Of a stretch of 41,040 nucleotides of DNA, positions 1-9,368 are shown piece by piece. Origin of the DNA: Moorena sp. SIO3H5 (GTDB lineage: Bacteria > Cyanobacteriota > Cyanobacteriia > Cyanobacteriales > Coleofasciculaceae); contig NZ_JAAHHS010000023.1 of assembly GCF_010692395.1 (NCBI RefSeq), positions 721-41,760 on the forward strand, read 5' to 3'. Below the pieces are notes generated by a model that saw only the letters and a list, made by a program, of their open reading frames with translations, did no database searches and was not told the origin of the DNA. Both the position numbers and the translations under genes were made by a program. Positions within the stretch are counted from its first letter, which is position 1. Every line of letters starts with the position of its first letter.

Positions 1-349
1 TGGCTCCTTTGCGCCAAGCGTAAACCAGAGCAATCACAAGAATTGCAATAAAAATTAGGGCTTCCACAAATGCCAGTAATCCCAGCCGATTGAAGGCGAC
101 AGCCCAGGGATACAGGAATACAGTTTCAACATCGAAAATCACGAACACCAGGGCGAACATATAGTAACGAATGTTGAACTGAATCCAAGCACCCCCCACT
201 GGTTCCATACCAGATTCATAGGTGGTGCGCCGCTCTGGCTCCCGATGGCTAGGTCGCAAAAGCTTGGAAGCCGACAGGGCTAGTAGGGGCACTAAGCTGC
301 AAGCTAGTATGAAGCCTAAGAGATACTCGTAACCGCTAAGAACAAACAC
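1..349 (-). CDS. ndhC: NAD(P)H-quinone oxidoreductase subunit 3 (NdhC). GTG start at 347-349; the C-terminus runs off the left edge of the window (about 4 residues missing).
   Basis: Manual reverse translation gives [33 protein letters not shown]...[74 protein letters not shown], near-identical to cyanobacterial NdhC. It is not in the ORF track because it is truncated at the window edge. Confidence 0.8.
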   Translation of the reverse strand, partial: MFVLSGYEYLLGFILACSLVPLLALSASKLLRPSHREPERRTTYESGMEPVGGAWIQFNIRYYMFALVFVIFDVETVFLYPWAVAFNRLGLLAFVEALIFIAILVIALVYAWRKGA

Positions 350-672
350 AATTGGTCAGTGCCAGGTAAAAACTGGCGTTAGTACTTCTTTACAAACTTT
401 ATTATAGGTGCTCTGCCCCTTTGAACGGTCGTCAGGGGTCAGTGCTTGCTTCTCAAAAGCCAATGACTACCATAGAATTGAAGGTTGCTCGTAGTTGATT
501 GTACTCCCTCTCCCTAGAAGACCCGACTCTTTCAAGGGTTGATCAAAAATCGGGTCAGGCATCTCGGAGAAACTCCTGAGCTTAAATCGAAAGTTAAGAA
601 AATCTGACACTTAGTGTGTGATAATATTTTTTAACATAGTTATTAAGATTTGCTGCTTAAGCTTACAGAGGA

Positions 673-1020
673 ATGACTGAACGAGCCCCAGAGCAAACCC
701 TAGCTGAACAGGCACCCAGCAGCTATGAATGCCGTGCTTGTGGCTATGTTTACGATCCGACCAAGGGAGATAGTAATCGCAAGGTTCCAGCTGGGACATT
801 ATATGAGGATTTGCCAGATGACTGGCGCTGTCCAGTGTGCGGCGCTCCGAAAATTCAGTTTATTAATATTGGTGCTGTTAATGCTCCGTCTGGATTTCAG
901 GAGAATCTTACCTATGGCTTCGGTGTTAACCGCATGACACCAGCACAAAAAAACCTTTTAATTTTTGCCGCTTTAGGATTAGGATTTTTGTTTTTTCTGA
1001 GCCTTTACGGTTTGAACTGA
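673..1020 (+). CDS. rubA: Membrane-anchored rubredoxin RubA (photosystem II biogenesis)
   Basis: Rubredoxin Cys motifs CxxCGY...CPxCG ([12 protein letters not shown]...WRCPVCGAP) plus a C-terminal hydrophobic anchor ([19 protein letters not shown]). The position immediately upstream of ycf48 and psbEFLJ is the conserved rubA context. Confidence 0.85.
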   Translation: MTERAPEQTLAEQAPSSYECRACGYVYDPTKGDSNRKVPAGTLYEDLPDDWRCPVCGAPKIQFINIGAVNAPSGFQENLTYGFGVNRMTPAQKNLLIFAALGLGFLFFLSLYGLN

Positions 1021-1157
1021 AATCAGGGCAGTTGGCTTGTATGCGTGAACGTGAGCAACTGCTGGCATCACCAAAGCTTAGATCTAGAAGCCATCGCCCT
1101 TGGTGGGGTATGAAAACCTACGGAGAACGCTGCCATACTCAAGAAGTTCTGGAAATA

Positions 1158-2162
1158 ATGAGATATTTGATGAAAACGCTGAAACAAATTTTAATATTAC
1201 TGGCGGTGGCATTAATTTGTGTCAGCTGCAAATTTCCTTCATCCATAAGCTATAATCCTTGGGCGGTTATTTCCTTACCTACAGAAGCGACCATGCAAGA
1301 CCTTGGCTTTACCGGGGATCTTAGTCATGGATGGATTGTGGGTAGCTATGCCACAATTTTTGAGACTAAGGATGGTGGAAATACATGGGAACAGAAAGGC
1401 TTGGATCTCGGAGATGAAAATTATCGCTTCTCCTCTGTAAGCTTTGCTGGTGATGAGGGGTGGATTGTTGGTCAACCCTCGATCATGCTTCATACTACTG
1501 ATGGGGGTGAATCTTGGTCTCGCATTCTATTAAGTGAAAAGTTACCAGGTTCACCCAACAGAATCCTGGCTCTCGGACCCACGAGCGCAGAGATGACCAC
1601 TGATGTTGGCGCAATTTATCAGACTAAGGATGCAGGTAAAACCTGGAAGGCACAGGTAGCACAAGCGGTCGGAGTCACCCGTAATATTTCCCGCTCTGAA
1701 GATGGTAGTTACGTAGCTGTCTCTGCTAGAGGGAACTTTTACTCCACTTGGGATCCAGGTCAGAATGCTTGGTTACAGCATAATCGTTACAGTTCCAAGC
1801 GTCTCCAGAATATGGGGTTTACCCCCGATGGTCGTCTGTGGATTTTGGCCCGGGGTGGTCAGGTACAATTTAGCACTGCCGAAAACCAAGAAGAGTGGGA
1901 AGAACCAATTTATCCAGATTTTTCCAACAGCTTGGGATTACTTGACTTAGCTTATCGTACACCCAATGAAATTTGGGTAGCAGGTGGCAGTGGTAATTTG
2001 CTTTGTAGCTTTGATGGTGGAAAAACTTGGCAAAAAGACCGGGATCTTAGGGATGTTCCCTCGAATTTTTACAAAATAGTCTTTGTAACACCAGAACAGG
2101 GGTTTGTCATTGGTCAGAAAGGAGTTTTACTCAAGTATGAGCTGCCTAGCCAGGAAGCTTAG
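1158..2162 (+). CDS. ycf48: Photosystem II assembly factor Ycf48 (HCF136 homolog), 7-bladed beta-propeller lipoprotein. Start chosen at ATG 1158 (ATG 1170 is the alternative); the TTG at 1032 given by the ORF track is unlikely.
   Basis: Sequence NPWAVISLPTEATMQDLGFT..HGWIVGSYATIFETKDGGNTWEQ matches Ycf48. There is a signal peptide with lipobox-like LICVSC after M1158. Product length of about 334 aa from 1158 fits Ycf48. Confidence 0.85.
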   Translation: MRYLMKTLKQILILLAVALICVSCKFPSSISYNPWAVISLPTEATMQDLGFTGDLSHGWIVGSYATIFETKDGGNTWEQKGLDLGDENYRFSSVSFAGDEGWIVGQPSIMLHTTDGGESWSRILLSEKLPGSPNRILALGPTSAEMTTDVGAIYQTKDAGKTWKAQVAQAVGVTRNISRSEDGSYVAVSARGNFYSTWDPGQNAWLQHNRYSSKRLQNMGFTPDGRLWILARGGQVQFSTAENQEEWEEPIYPDFSNSLGLLDLAYRTPNEIWVAGGSGNLLCSFDGGKTWQKDRDLRDVPSNFYKIVFVTPEQGFVIGQKGVLLKYELPSQEA

Positions 2163-2295
2163 GGCTTGGAAATCCCTATGATCGATGCCAGTCAGTTTCG
2201 TTTTATATTTCTACATCGAAGATGTAGAAAAAAACGGCACTTAGAACTATTATAGTTATGGAATTTTAAACGGTTGTTGGTAGGAGGAATCTACG

Positions 2296-2541
2296 ATGGC
2301 AGGTACAACTGGAGAACGTCCGTTTGGTGACATTATTACCAGCGTTCGTTACTGGGTGATTCACAGTGTTACTATCCCAGCCCTATTTATCGCTGGTTGG
2401 CTTTTTGTGAGCACTGGTCTGGCTTACGATGCGTTTGGCACACCCCGTCCTAATGAATACTTTACTCAAGAGCGGATGGAACTACCAATCGTTTCCGACC
2501 GCTACAATGCTAAACAGCAAGTTGAAGAATTTGCTCCATAA
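2296..2541 (+). CDS. psbE: Cytochrome b559 alpha subunit (PsbE)
   Basis: 81-aa product [56 protein letters not shown] matches the PsbE consensus. SD-like taggagg lies upstream. Confidence 0.95.
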   Translation: MAGTTGERPFGDIITSVRYWVIHSVTIPALFIAGWLFVSTGLAYDAFGTPRPNEYFTQERMELPIVSDRYNAKQQVEEFAP

Positions 2542-2567
2542 GGTTTTTTAGATAAAGGCAGACAATC

Positions 2568-2702
2568 ATGACTAGCAGTAATCCCAATCAACCAGTTTCT
2601 TATCCGATTTTCACGGTTAGATGGTTAGCGGTTCATACCCTAGCCGTTCCTTCAGTATTTTTCTTAGGCGCGATCGCAGCCATGCAATTTATTCAACGAT
2701 AG
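2568..2702 (+). CDS. psbF: Cytochrome b559 beta subunit (PsbF), 44 aa
   Basis: Manual translation gives [44 protein letters not shown], the canonical PsbF. It is too short for the ORF track. Confidence 0.9.
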   Translation: MTSSNPNQPVSYPIFTVRWLAVHTLAVPSVFFLGAIAAMQFIQR

Positions 2703-2713
2703 GAGAAGCAATT

Positions 2714-2833
2714 ATGGATCGGAATTCCAATCCCAATAGACAGCCGGTTGAACTCAATCGGACGTCTCTTTACTTAGGTCTATTACTGATTTTTGTGCTT
2801 GGTATTCTGTTTTCTAGTTATTTCTTCAATTAA
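2714..2833 (+). CDS. psbL: Photosystem II protein PsbL, 39 aa
   Basis: [39 protein letters not shown], in frame inside track ORF 2621..2833. Matches the PsbL consensus. Confidence 0.9.
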   Translation: MDRNSNPNRQPVELNRTSLYLGLLLIFVLGILFSSYFFN

Positions 2834-3088
2834 CTGATTTAACAGATTCGTCTAAATCTCCATCTTAGAGAAGGCTAGGATGTAGACGGGAAAAGACTCT
2901 TAGTTAATTCCCTGGTAATTTCCGGTTAATCGGGAATTTACTAATTTGCTCCTGAAACGGAGTTGGACAAAACCCTTACCACTAGGGAGGCTTTTCAACA
3001 AAATCACTAGTTATTAAGACTAGTTATTAAGCCTTCTATCGTTAACTGCATCTAAAAAAAACTTGATTTAAAATTGGAGGTATAAGCT

Positions 3089-3208
3089 GTGTCTGGAGGG
3101 GGAAGAATTCCTTTATGGATAGTTGCCACTATCGCTGGTACTGGTGTCCTCGTAGTGGTTGGTCTTTTCTTCTATGGTGCCTATGTGGGAGTTGGTTCTT
3201 CGATGTAA
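3089..3208 (+). CDS. psbJ: Photosystem II protein PsbJ, 39 aa, GTG start
   Basis: ggagg SD followed by GTG, then [39 protein letters not shown]. Matches the PsbJ consensus (..EGRIPLW..FFYGAY.GLGSS.). Confidence 0.85.
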   Translation: MSGGGRIPLWIVATIAGTGVLVVVGLFFYGAYVGVGSSM

Positions 3209-3309
3209 AGTAGACCAATTTCTTTGGTTAACACCCCGGCGAGGTTACCTCGCCCACTGGAAGGTTCACCAATAGAAAGACGCTAAATTAAAAACGAAGT
3301 AAATCCACA

Positions 3310-3359
3310 GGTGCGCTCTTACCATTAAGAATTTAATTATTAATGGCAAGAGCGCACCT
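3310..3359. terminator. 20-bp-stem hairpin (AGGTGCGCTCTTACCATTAA ... TTAATGGCAAGAGCGCACCT) between convergent psbJ and the CPBP gene. It is also copy 1 of the GGTGCG..GAATTTAATTC..CGCACC element family.
   Basis: Near-perfect inverted repeat with one G-U wobble. A T9 run lies about 35 nt downstream on the + strand (3396-3404). The T-tract is not adjacent, so it is not a textbook intrinsic terminator. Confidence 0.5.
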
Positions 3360-3425
3360 AAGCATAATCGCTGGTTTAACTTGAGCTGGCGGTATTTTTT
3401 TTTGGTAATTAGCTTTTAAGACTAG

Positions 3426-4271
3426 CTAATTCGACAACATCAGTAATAATAAAGCCCCAACTCCCAATAAACAAAGAAGACCAACTATCCCAGCTAACGG
3501 TTTTCCTCCCAAACCCGTTATCCAAATTGGTCCACTGCCTGTGTAAGCAATTAATTCAGCTGAGTCCAAGCAAGTTAAACCCCAAATCCAACCAGCATGT
3601 AGTCCCCATGCTAAACCCAGACTGCCTCCATCCACCCAACGGGCTAGGACTAATACCATTCCCATTAGCCATAATCCTGGTAACTGAGGGATAGTATCTT
3701 TTTGTTCCCAAACTAGGTGTAACAGGGCAAAAATCCCACTAGAGATGGCTGCTCCTACCCCGATAGAATACTCCTGCTTTAGTTGATTCACTAAGAAGCC
3801 ACGAAAGACTAACTCTTCTGTAACCCCAATCCACAGACCTAATAACATCACTGGGAGTAATATCGGTACCAAACGCTGCCAATTTTCAGAATTCCAGCGC
3901 ACCCAGCCTAGTAATAATTGCCCAGTAAATACTATGATTAAGCTGAAAATACCTACTCCTAGTCCCAATCCTAAAGACCCTAAAACGCTTAATTTCCACT
4001 CCAATCCGTAATCGGAGAAAGGCACCCCCTCTAGTTGAGAAGCTCCCCATAAAATTAGGGGAGCAATTAGGTAAAGTGCTGCGAGTAGTGGTAACTTTTG
4101 GCCTGGTGCTAAAGGCTGATTTGGACGCCACTTTAAAAGTATAGCTATAGGGAGAGCTAAGGGCAGCCAGAAAACTACCCAAGCTAGGAAAAAAGTTCCT
4201 AGCTTCAAAATAGTAGTTGAAGTGATTAATGACACAAACGACCCATTAGTTGCCTGATCAAGAATAGCCAT
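3426..4271 (-). CDS. CPBP family intramembrane metalloprotease (CAAX protease / Abi domain). ATG start at 4271 is preferred over the upstream TTG at 4286.
   Basis: Multi-TM protein carrying the CPBP motifs EExxxR (TEELVFRGFL) and FxxxH (FALLH). Confidence 0.75.
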   Translation of the reverse strand: MAILDQATNGSFVSLITSTTILKLGTFFLAWVVFWLPLALPIAILLKWRPNQPLAPGQKLPLLAALYLIAPLILWGASQLEGVPFSDYGLEWKLSVLGSLGLGLGVGIFSLIIVFTGQLLLGWVRWNSENWQRLVPILLPVMLLGLWIGVTEELVFRGFLVNQLKQEYSIGVGAAISSGIFALLHLVWEQKDTIPQLPGLWLMGMVLVLARWVDGGSLGLAWGLHAGWIWGLTCLDSAELIAYTGSGPIWITGLGGKPLAGIVGLLCLLGVGALLLLMLSN

Positions 4272-4454
4272 TGGCGAGATTTGCAAATTGCTATCAAATT
4301 ACTATCAAATTACTATAAGGTCTCAACTACACTACCATAAGCGGCTGCTTTTTTCCCATAGCAAGTTACCTAACGAGATAGTAAATCGGGCTGGTTAATA
4401 ATAGCCTGGTTTACCGACTCCTCAGGTAGTAGAAAGAAGATTTTTGTTTCTACC

Positions 4455-4500
4455 GGTGCGACAATCACGCGAATTTAATTCTTAATGGTAAGAGCGCACC
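4455..4500. repeat. Copy 2 of the GGTGCG-N-GAATTTAATTC-N-CGCACC palindromic element
   Basis: ccGGTGCGacaatcacgcGAATTTAATTCttaatggtaagagCGCACC. It shares the outer 6-bp stem, the central GAATTtAATTC palindrome and the ttaatggtaagagcgcacc arm with 3310-3359. Confidence 0.6.
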
Positions 4501-4588
4501 TATAATGGTTTTCACAAAGCAAATTAGGGGCCAAATCTGCCCCAGGGTTTGGATTTAAGCTCTAGGTTCTGGTGTGCCGGAAACGAAA

Positions 4589-4672
4589 CCTTAGTAGAGT
4601 GGAGCCTTAGTTAATAAGTTTTGACCCTTTTTCTCATAGCCAGTCCCCTGTAAAGGCTCCACTCTACTTACG
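4589..4672. repeat. Inverted repeat with ~20-bp arms and ~44-nt loop in the CPBP upstream region
   Basis: Arm ccttagtagagtggagcctt pairs with aaggctccactctacttacgg. Confidence 0.5.
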
Positions 4673-4898
4673 GTAACTTCAAACCCCACGGTACCTTTTT
4701 TAGAATGGCAGACAATCAACTTTAATACAATATCTACCTTATTCGTTTCATAGACTCCCAGATCGTTAGACGAAACCGAGGTGCACGTATCATTCTTTTA
4801 ACAGGTTTTTACGTTGTCTACTTATATTCAGGCAAGTTGGTTGTCTGACTTCCTATTATATAGGACAGCGCTAGTTTAGGGATTACCAACAACAGAAT

Positions 4899-4931
4899 AA
4901 AAAAATATCCGTTGACGAATTTATTCGTCAA
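4899..4931 (-). terminator. Intrinsic-terminator-like hairpin on the minus strand (TTGACGAAT a/t ATTCGTCAA followed by a T7 run), about 300 nt downstream of cyabrB
   Basis: Perfect 9-bp palindrome ttgacgaatttattcgtcaa. On the minus strand it is followed by cggata then ttttttt. Confidence 0.45.
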
Positions 4932-5232
4932 GCAAGCTTATATCCCCCGGATCAATCACGGGGGCTTTACCCATCACGTCGCCAATAAATTGTTCAAAGC
5001 TCACGTCCCCAAAGAATCTTCATGGGGAGGCGTCGCTCGCCCCACACTGTCGTTTTTCATCCCCGCTCCCTTAGAGACGGGGGTTTCAAACTCGCAGGAT
5101 TTTCTGTAAGAAGGATTACTTCAAAGCAGTGCGACCCCACGCTTTTTTTTAAGCGAAGCGTGAATGCGCACCAATAGAGCGAAGCGTGAACACACACCAA
5201 GTTGCTGCTTTCTTTGCTTTGTGAGTAGATAC

Positions 5233-5616
5233 CTATTCAGCTTCAGAATCGCCATCCACCTGCTTAAGATGGATATGCTTGTAGCCTAGTTTAATTTCAA
5301 ACTCATCACCAGGCTCTAATCCCATGGACTGAGTGTAGGTTGAACCAATAACAATTTGACCATTCTTATGGACACTCACACGATAAGTCGGTTCACGCCC
5401 CCGACCATCTTTTGTGCCTTCTGGATCCAGGGGAACACCCTTGGCTCCTAAAACCGCATCATAAAAATCTGTTAAATTGACGCGGGTCTGGTCTGTTTTA
5501 GTTATAGTGTAATAGCCGCAACGCTTGGCTGTCTCTCGGCGAGGCAAGTGTGATAGCTCTTTTACTTTTTGAAGTAATGCTTTACCAGTTAGGGGAGTAG
5601 TTGAAATCTCTGGCAT
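5233..5616 (-). CDS. Cyanobacterial AbrB-family transcriptional regulator (cyAbrB / CalA-like) with C-terminal SpoVT/AbrB swapped-hairpin domain
   Basis: N-terminal LTGKALLQKVKEL...KRCGYY..TK.DQTRVNLTDFYDAVLGAKGVPL and C-terminal YRVSVHKNGQIVIGSTYTQSMGLEPGDEFEIKLGYKHIHL match the cyAbrB clade. About 127 aa, the typical size. Confidence 0.8.
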   Translation of the reverse strand: MPEISTTPLTGKALLQKVKELSHLPRRETAKRCGYYTITKTDQTRVNLTDFYDAVLGAKGVPLDPEGTKDGRGREPTYRVSVHKNGQIVIGSTYTQSMGLEPGDEFEIKLGYKHIHLKQVDGDSEAE

Positions 5617-6027
5617 AATCTCACGAGATATCCTTTAAACTTCAGAGTGGTCAAGATCATTAATAGCCAAACTTTGGCTCTATTAAAAATATATCGTTAA
5701 ATCTATCTCAGTTGACAAGATATTTTGGATCATTTGTTTAAATCTTTACGTATTTCAATACTAACAGATCAGACAATCCCTGCCTAACCCTATAGGGGCA
5801 GTAATATGATAACTATGAAAATAATCCAGGAAACATACCAATAGGATTGCACTCTTACACCAGAAGTCAACTAGCGAAGGGTCTTGCTTCCCTAGGGAGT
5901 AGTGAAACAAGTATGGCCTAATTATCAAGAGTAACTAGTTACCTCAACCCTACTCGTGTTGGTCATATCATCCTTTAACCTTACCGATTATCCTTGTATA
6001 TGTTGGAATACTCAAGAGCTTAGTTTT

Positions 6028-7029
6028 ATGCAAGTTGATTTTAAAATCATTCGACAGACTCAAAACACTGCTCCACTACTCCAGACTTATAGGCTAGATG
6101 TCGAGAAAGGAAACACGATTCTGGAATGCTTGAATCGTATTAAGTGGGAACTTGATGGTACTTTAGCTTTTCGCAAAAATTGTCGCAACACGATTTGTGG
6201 TAGCTGTGGCATACGAATTAATGGTCGCTCGGCTTTGGCATGTAAGGAAAATGTGGGCAATGAATTGGGGAAGCAACAGCTCCCAGATGAGTCTAAAATT
6301 CCGGAGATTACTATAGCACCTCTGGGGAATATGCCAATAATCAAGGATTTAGTCGTTGAGATGAGCAGCTTCTGGGATAACTTAGAAGCTGTTGATCCCT
6401 ACGTCAGCACTGCTGCTAGGAAGATTCCCGAACGGGAATTTTTACAGAGTCCTAAAGAGCGATCGCTTTTGGCTCAGGCTGGTAATTGTATCATGTGTGG
6501 TGCTTGTTATTCTGAGTGTAATGCCAAAGAAGTTAATCAAGATTTTGTTGGTCCTCATGCCTTGGCTAAAGCACAGCGTCTGGTGGTAGATTCCCGTGAT
6601 AATACCACAGAAAATCGTTTGGAGAAATATAACGAAGCAATAAAAGGAGTCTGGGGTTGTACCCGCTGTATGATGTGTAATGCGGTTTGCCCGATGGATG
6701 TGGCTCCTATGGATCAAATTGGTAAGATTAAACAGCATATTCTTGAAGGTATTGAGACCTATGATAGCCGTCCAATCCGCCACCGCAAAGTCCTAATTGA
6801 TTTAGTCAAAGAGGGAGGTTGGATTGATGAGCGTAAGTTTGGCTTGCAGGTGGTTGGTAACTCATTTCGAGATATCCAAGGTTTGGTGAGCCTAGGACCA
6901 CTGGGATTACGAATGCTAGTTCGAGGTAAGTTTCCCTTGAGCTTTTCTCCATCAGCAGGAACATCACAAGTGCGATCGCTAATTGAATCGGTAAAAAATT
7001 TGGAGTCTGAAGGATCTGATCAGTCATGA
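6028..7029 (+). CDS. sdhB: Succinate dehydrogenase / fumarate reductase iron-sulfur subunit (SdhB). ATG at 6028 is preferred over the earlier track start at 5956.
   Basis: Three Fe-S cluster Cys motifs: 2Fe-2S (CRNTICGSCGIRINGRSALAC), 4Fe-4S (CIMCGACYSEC), 3Fe-4S (CTRCMMCNAVCP). There is a ~90-aa C-terminal extension. Confidence 0.85.
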   Translation: MQVDFKIIRQTQNTAPLLQTYRLDVEKGNTILECLNRIKWELDGTLAFRKNCRNTICGSCGIRINGRSALACKENVGNELGKQQLPDESKIPEITIAPLGNMPIIKDLVVEMSSFWDNLEAVDPYVSTAARKIPEREFLQSPKERSLLAQAGNCIMCGACYSECNAKEVNQDFVGPHALAKAQRLVVDSRDNTTENRLEKYNEAIKGVWGCTRCMMCNAVCPMDVAPMDQIGKIKQHILEGIETYDSRPIRHRKVLIDLVKEGGWIDERKFGLQVVGNSFRDIQGLVSLGPLGLRMLVRGKFPLSFSPSAGTSQVRSLIESVKNLESEGSDQS

Positions 7030-7214
7030 GTTCTGAAACACCCAATAAGAGTGAATCATCTGAGGAGTCTTTTAACCAACCATTACCAGCTTTTGGTTGG
7101 ACTCCCTATGCTGAGCAAATCAACGGCAGGTTTGCTATGCTTGCCTTAGTTTGTATCGTGTTACTGGAGTTGCTCACTGGTCAAGGTTTGTTGACTTGGC
7201 TGGGTCTACTCTAA
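7026..7214 (+). CDS. High-light-inducible protein (HLIP / Scp, one-helix CAB family)
   Basis: 62-aa product with the Hlip signature FGWTPYAEQINGRFAMLALVCIVLLELLTG. Its start overlaps the sdhB stop (ATGA, 7026-7029). Confidence 0.8.
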   Translation: MSSETPNKSESSEESFNQPLPAFGWTPYAEQINGRFAMLALVCIVLLELLTGQGLLTWLGLL

Positions 7215-7370
7215 GGAATTTCCAACTACTATATAATGATCCCGAGCTTGAGATTTATTTGCTCTTACCATCAGGATTGTTGACGGTTGATTCTTGAGGG
7301 TTGACGGTTATACTACCTCTGGTGGAATTTCCTCCTTGCTCTGACGAGGCAATTACGGCTACAAAAATTT

Positions 7371-7394
7371 AGAGACCTAGGATGCTAGGTCTCT
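7371..7394. terminator. Perfect 10-bp-stem hairpin AGAGACCTAG-gatg-CTAGGTCTCT between convergent hli and mscS. It is T-rich on the minus-strand side.
   Basis: Inverted repeat read directly. On the minus strand it is followed by aaatttttg. Confidence 0.55.
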
Positions 7395-7535
7395 TCAAGG
7401 CTCTTGGCAATGAATTAAATCAATTAATTAAGGTAATTCAACCGGAGTATTGCACCCGGATTTGGTTGTGTTAATTAGATAGATTTTGGACCGCTGCTAT
7501 AGGAAAGTAGGCATTCTACAGATAAGTCTACAGAT

Positions 7536-9338
7536 TCAAGCTGTCTTACCATTGGGGAAAGAGCTATGGGGCTTTGGATTTGCTATTTGGCCATGACTTC
7601 CTGCTCGGGGAAGGTCTTGCTTAGCCATAGCTTCACTGATGTATATTTCCTGCTGAGGCAGTGGGATCACGATCCCCTCTTGTTCAAATCTTTCTTTTAT
7701 AATTCGGCTGATGTCACAATAGGCTGTCCAATAATCTTCCTTCTTAGTATAGGCCATAAACCAAATGTTAACAGCATATTCAGCCAATTCTCCAGTGTCG
7801 ATCCAAGGGCCAGGGTCTTTCAATACTAAAGGATGAGTGTTGGCAATATCCTTAAGAACTTGGATCGCTTGAGTAATACTATTGCTGTAGCTGATCCTTA
7901 CGGTGATGAACATAGCGCGGACGGAGCTACTGGTTTCGTTGGCAATAACATTACCCCAGATTGAGTTGTTCGGTACGATAATGATTTTATTTTCCAAAGT
8001 ATTGATGGTGGTGCAAACTAAGTTGACATCCTTCACCGTACCTTTTACCCCAGCGACTTCAATCATATCCCCCACGTCGAAGGGTTTATAGAGCAAGATC
8101 ATTAACCCATTAGCAAAGTTACCAAGGGTATTTTGGAACGCAAAGGCTACCACAAAACCAGCAGCTCCAATCATGGCCATCAGTGGACCAATACTGACCT
8201 CTAGGGCAGTGATACCTAAAAGAATACCCACCAAAAATAATCCTTGGCGGGTTATCCTAACTACGAACTGACGCAGCATAGCTGACATATTCGGGAACAT
8301 CCACAAAGATTTCTCGAGGACTTTCCCTATAATCAGGGAGAGGATGCTAAAGCCAACGACGATTCCTAAAAATTTGCCAATGTTATTGGCCCAGCGCAGA
8401 CCTCCTTCTTTAGACTGGAGCCAGCCTACGATGGTAATCCAGGTTCCTTCAGTGTCAGTGACGTCAACCTTAATCCCACTGATAGCATCGATGTATTTGT
8501 TGTACAACTCAACATCACCGCCTTTAGTTTCCAGCTCTTCGAGTACCACCTCAAAGCGATCGCTTAAAGCAGTGCGTTCCTCTCGCAGTGTAGTCATGTT
8601 GACTAGCACTTGCTTTTTAACTTCGGTTTTGGCCTCGACCGCTTCTTCTAGGTCATGCTTGGCTTTGTCAATTCCCTGTCCAGTCTTTTTCTGCTCTTGT
8701 TCATCAGTAACGATTTTGTTGCTAATTGTCCCGATCTTATCTTGAACCTTAGCAACATCCTGGTTTGAGGTTTTGGCTTTATCTTTCTCCTGTTCAGTAC
8801 CTTCAACTGCTTTATCAATCGCCCCTTGCAAAGTTTGATCTTGCTTGGTCTTTTCCTCTTCTTTGACTGCTTCTTCTACTGACTCCTGAGCTTTTTCGAG
8901 AGCTTCTTGTGCTTCTTGTGCAGCTTCTAAAGCTTTAAGGCGATCCTTAGCCGAGCCGTCAGTCTCTGTTTTTTGCTTAGTATCTGTCGCTTCCTCAAGA
9001 GCCTCTTTGGCATCTTCTAGGGCATCAACAGCTTCTTTAGTTTGCTCAAGCTCTCGATTTTTGCGCTTGACAGCAATTTCAGCATCGCTAAGTTCTTTAA
9101 CTTTAGTTTTAAGCAAGAACATCCACGCCTCAGCTTCACCATCCAGCTCATCCTTAGTCAAAGGCTTGAGCATTAGCTCTAGCTCCTCAATCGGAATAGT
9201 TGGATCGTCAGTAGTAACGGCTTTCTCTAAGGCTAAATTATTAGTGGTCTGTTTAGCTTGGACAGGTAACCACCATGCCCCAACCATTAAGAGACTGCCA
9301 AACAAAATGTTAATTTTCTTTTGTCGGTAACGAATCAT
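7536..9338 (-). CDS. Mechanosensitive ion channel, MscS family, with signal peptide and long N-terminal E/K/A-rich coiled-coil (MscK/KefA-like) domain
   Basis: C-terminal MscS core (…GNFANGLMILLYKPFDVGDMIEVAGVKGTVKDVNLVCTTINTLENKIIIVPNNSIWGNVIANETSS…). The N-terminal ~300 aa are helical and charged. ATG start at 9338. Confidence 0.8.
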   Translation of the reverse strand: MIRYRQKKINILFGSLLMVGAWWLPVQAKQTTNNLALEKAVTTDDPTIPIEELELMLKPLTKDELDGEAEAWMFLLKTKVKELSDAEIAVKRKNRELEQTKEAVDALEDAKEALEEATDTKQKTETDGSAKDRLKALEAAQEAQEALEKAQESVEEAVKEEEKTKQDQTLQGAIDKAVEGTEQEKDKAKTSNQDVAKVQDKIGTISNKIVTDEQEQKKTGQGIDKAKHDLEEAVEAKTEVKKQVLVNMTTLREERTALSDRFEVVLEELETKGGDVELYNKYIDAISGIKVDVTDTEGTWITIVGWLQSKEGGLRWANNIGKFLGIVVGFSILSLIIGKVLEKSLWMFPNMSAMLRQFVVRITRQGLFLVGILLGITALEVSIGPLMAMIGAAGFVVAFAFQNTLGNFANGLMILLYKPFDVGDMIEVAGVKGTVKDVNLVCTTINTLENKIIIVPNNSIWGNVIANETSSSVRAMFITVRISYSNSITQAIQVLKDIANTHPLVLKDPGPWIDTGELAEYAVNIWFMAYTKKEDYWTAYCDISRIIKERFEQEGIVIPLPQQEIYISEAMAKQDLPRAGSHGQIANPKPHSSFPNGKTA

Positions 9339-9368
9339 TGGTTTTTCGTGTTAGTAAGACGTTAATGA

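Noticed and set aside
1032-1157. TTG (1032) and ATG (1041) upstream starts for ycf48
   Set aside because: They would add a 39-42-aa hydrophilic extension before the signal peptide. Ycf48 length and the lipoprotein signal fit ATG 1158/1170.
4912-5109. 65-aa track ORF downstream of cyabrB
   Set aside because: It starts inside the terminator palindrome, lies in a hairpin-rich region and has no similarity. More likely the area is 3' UTR or sRNA.
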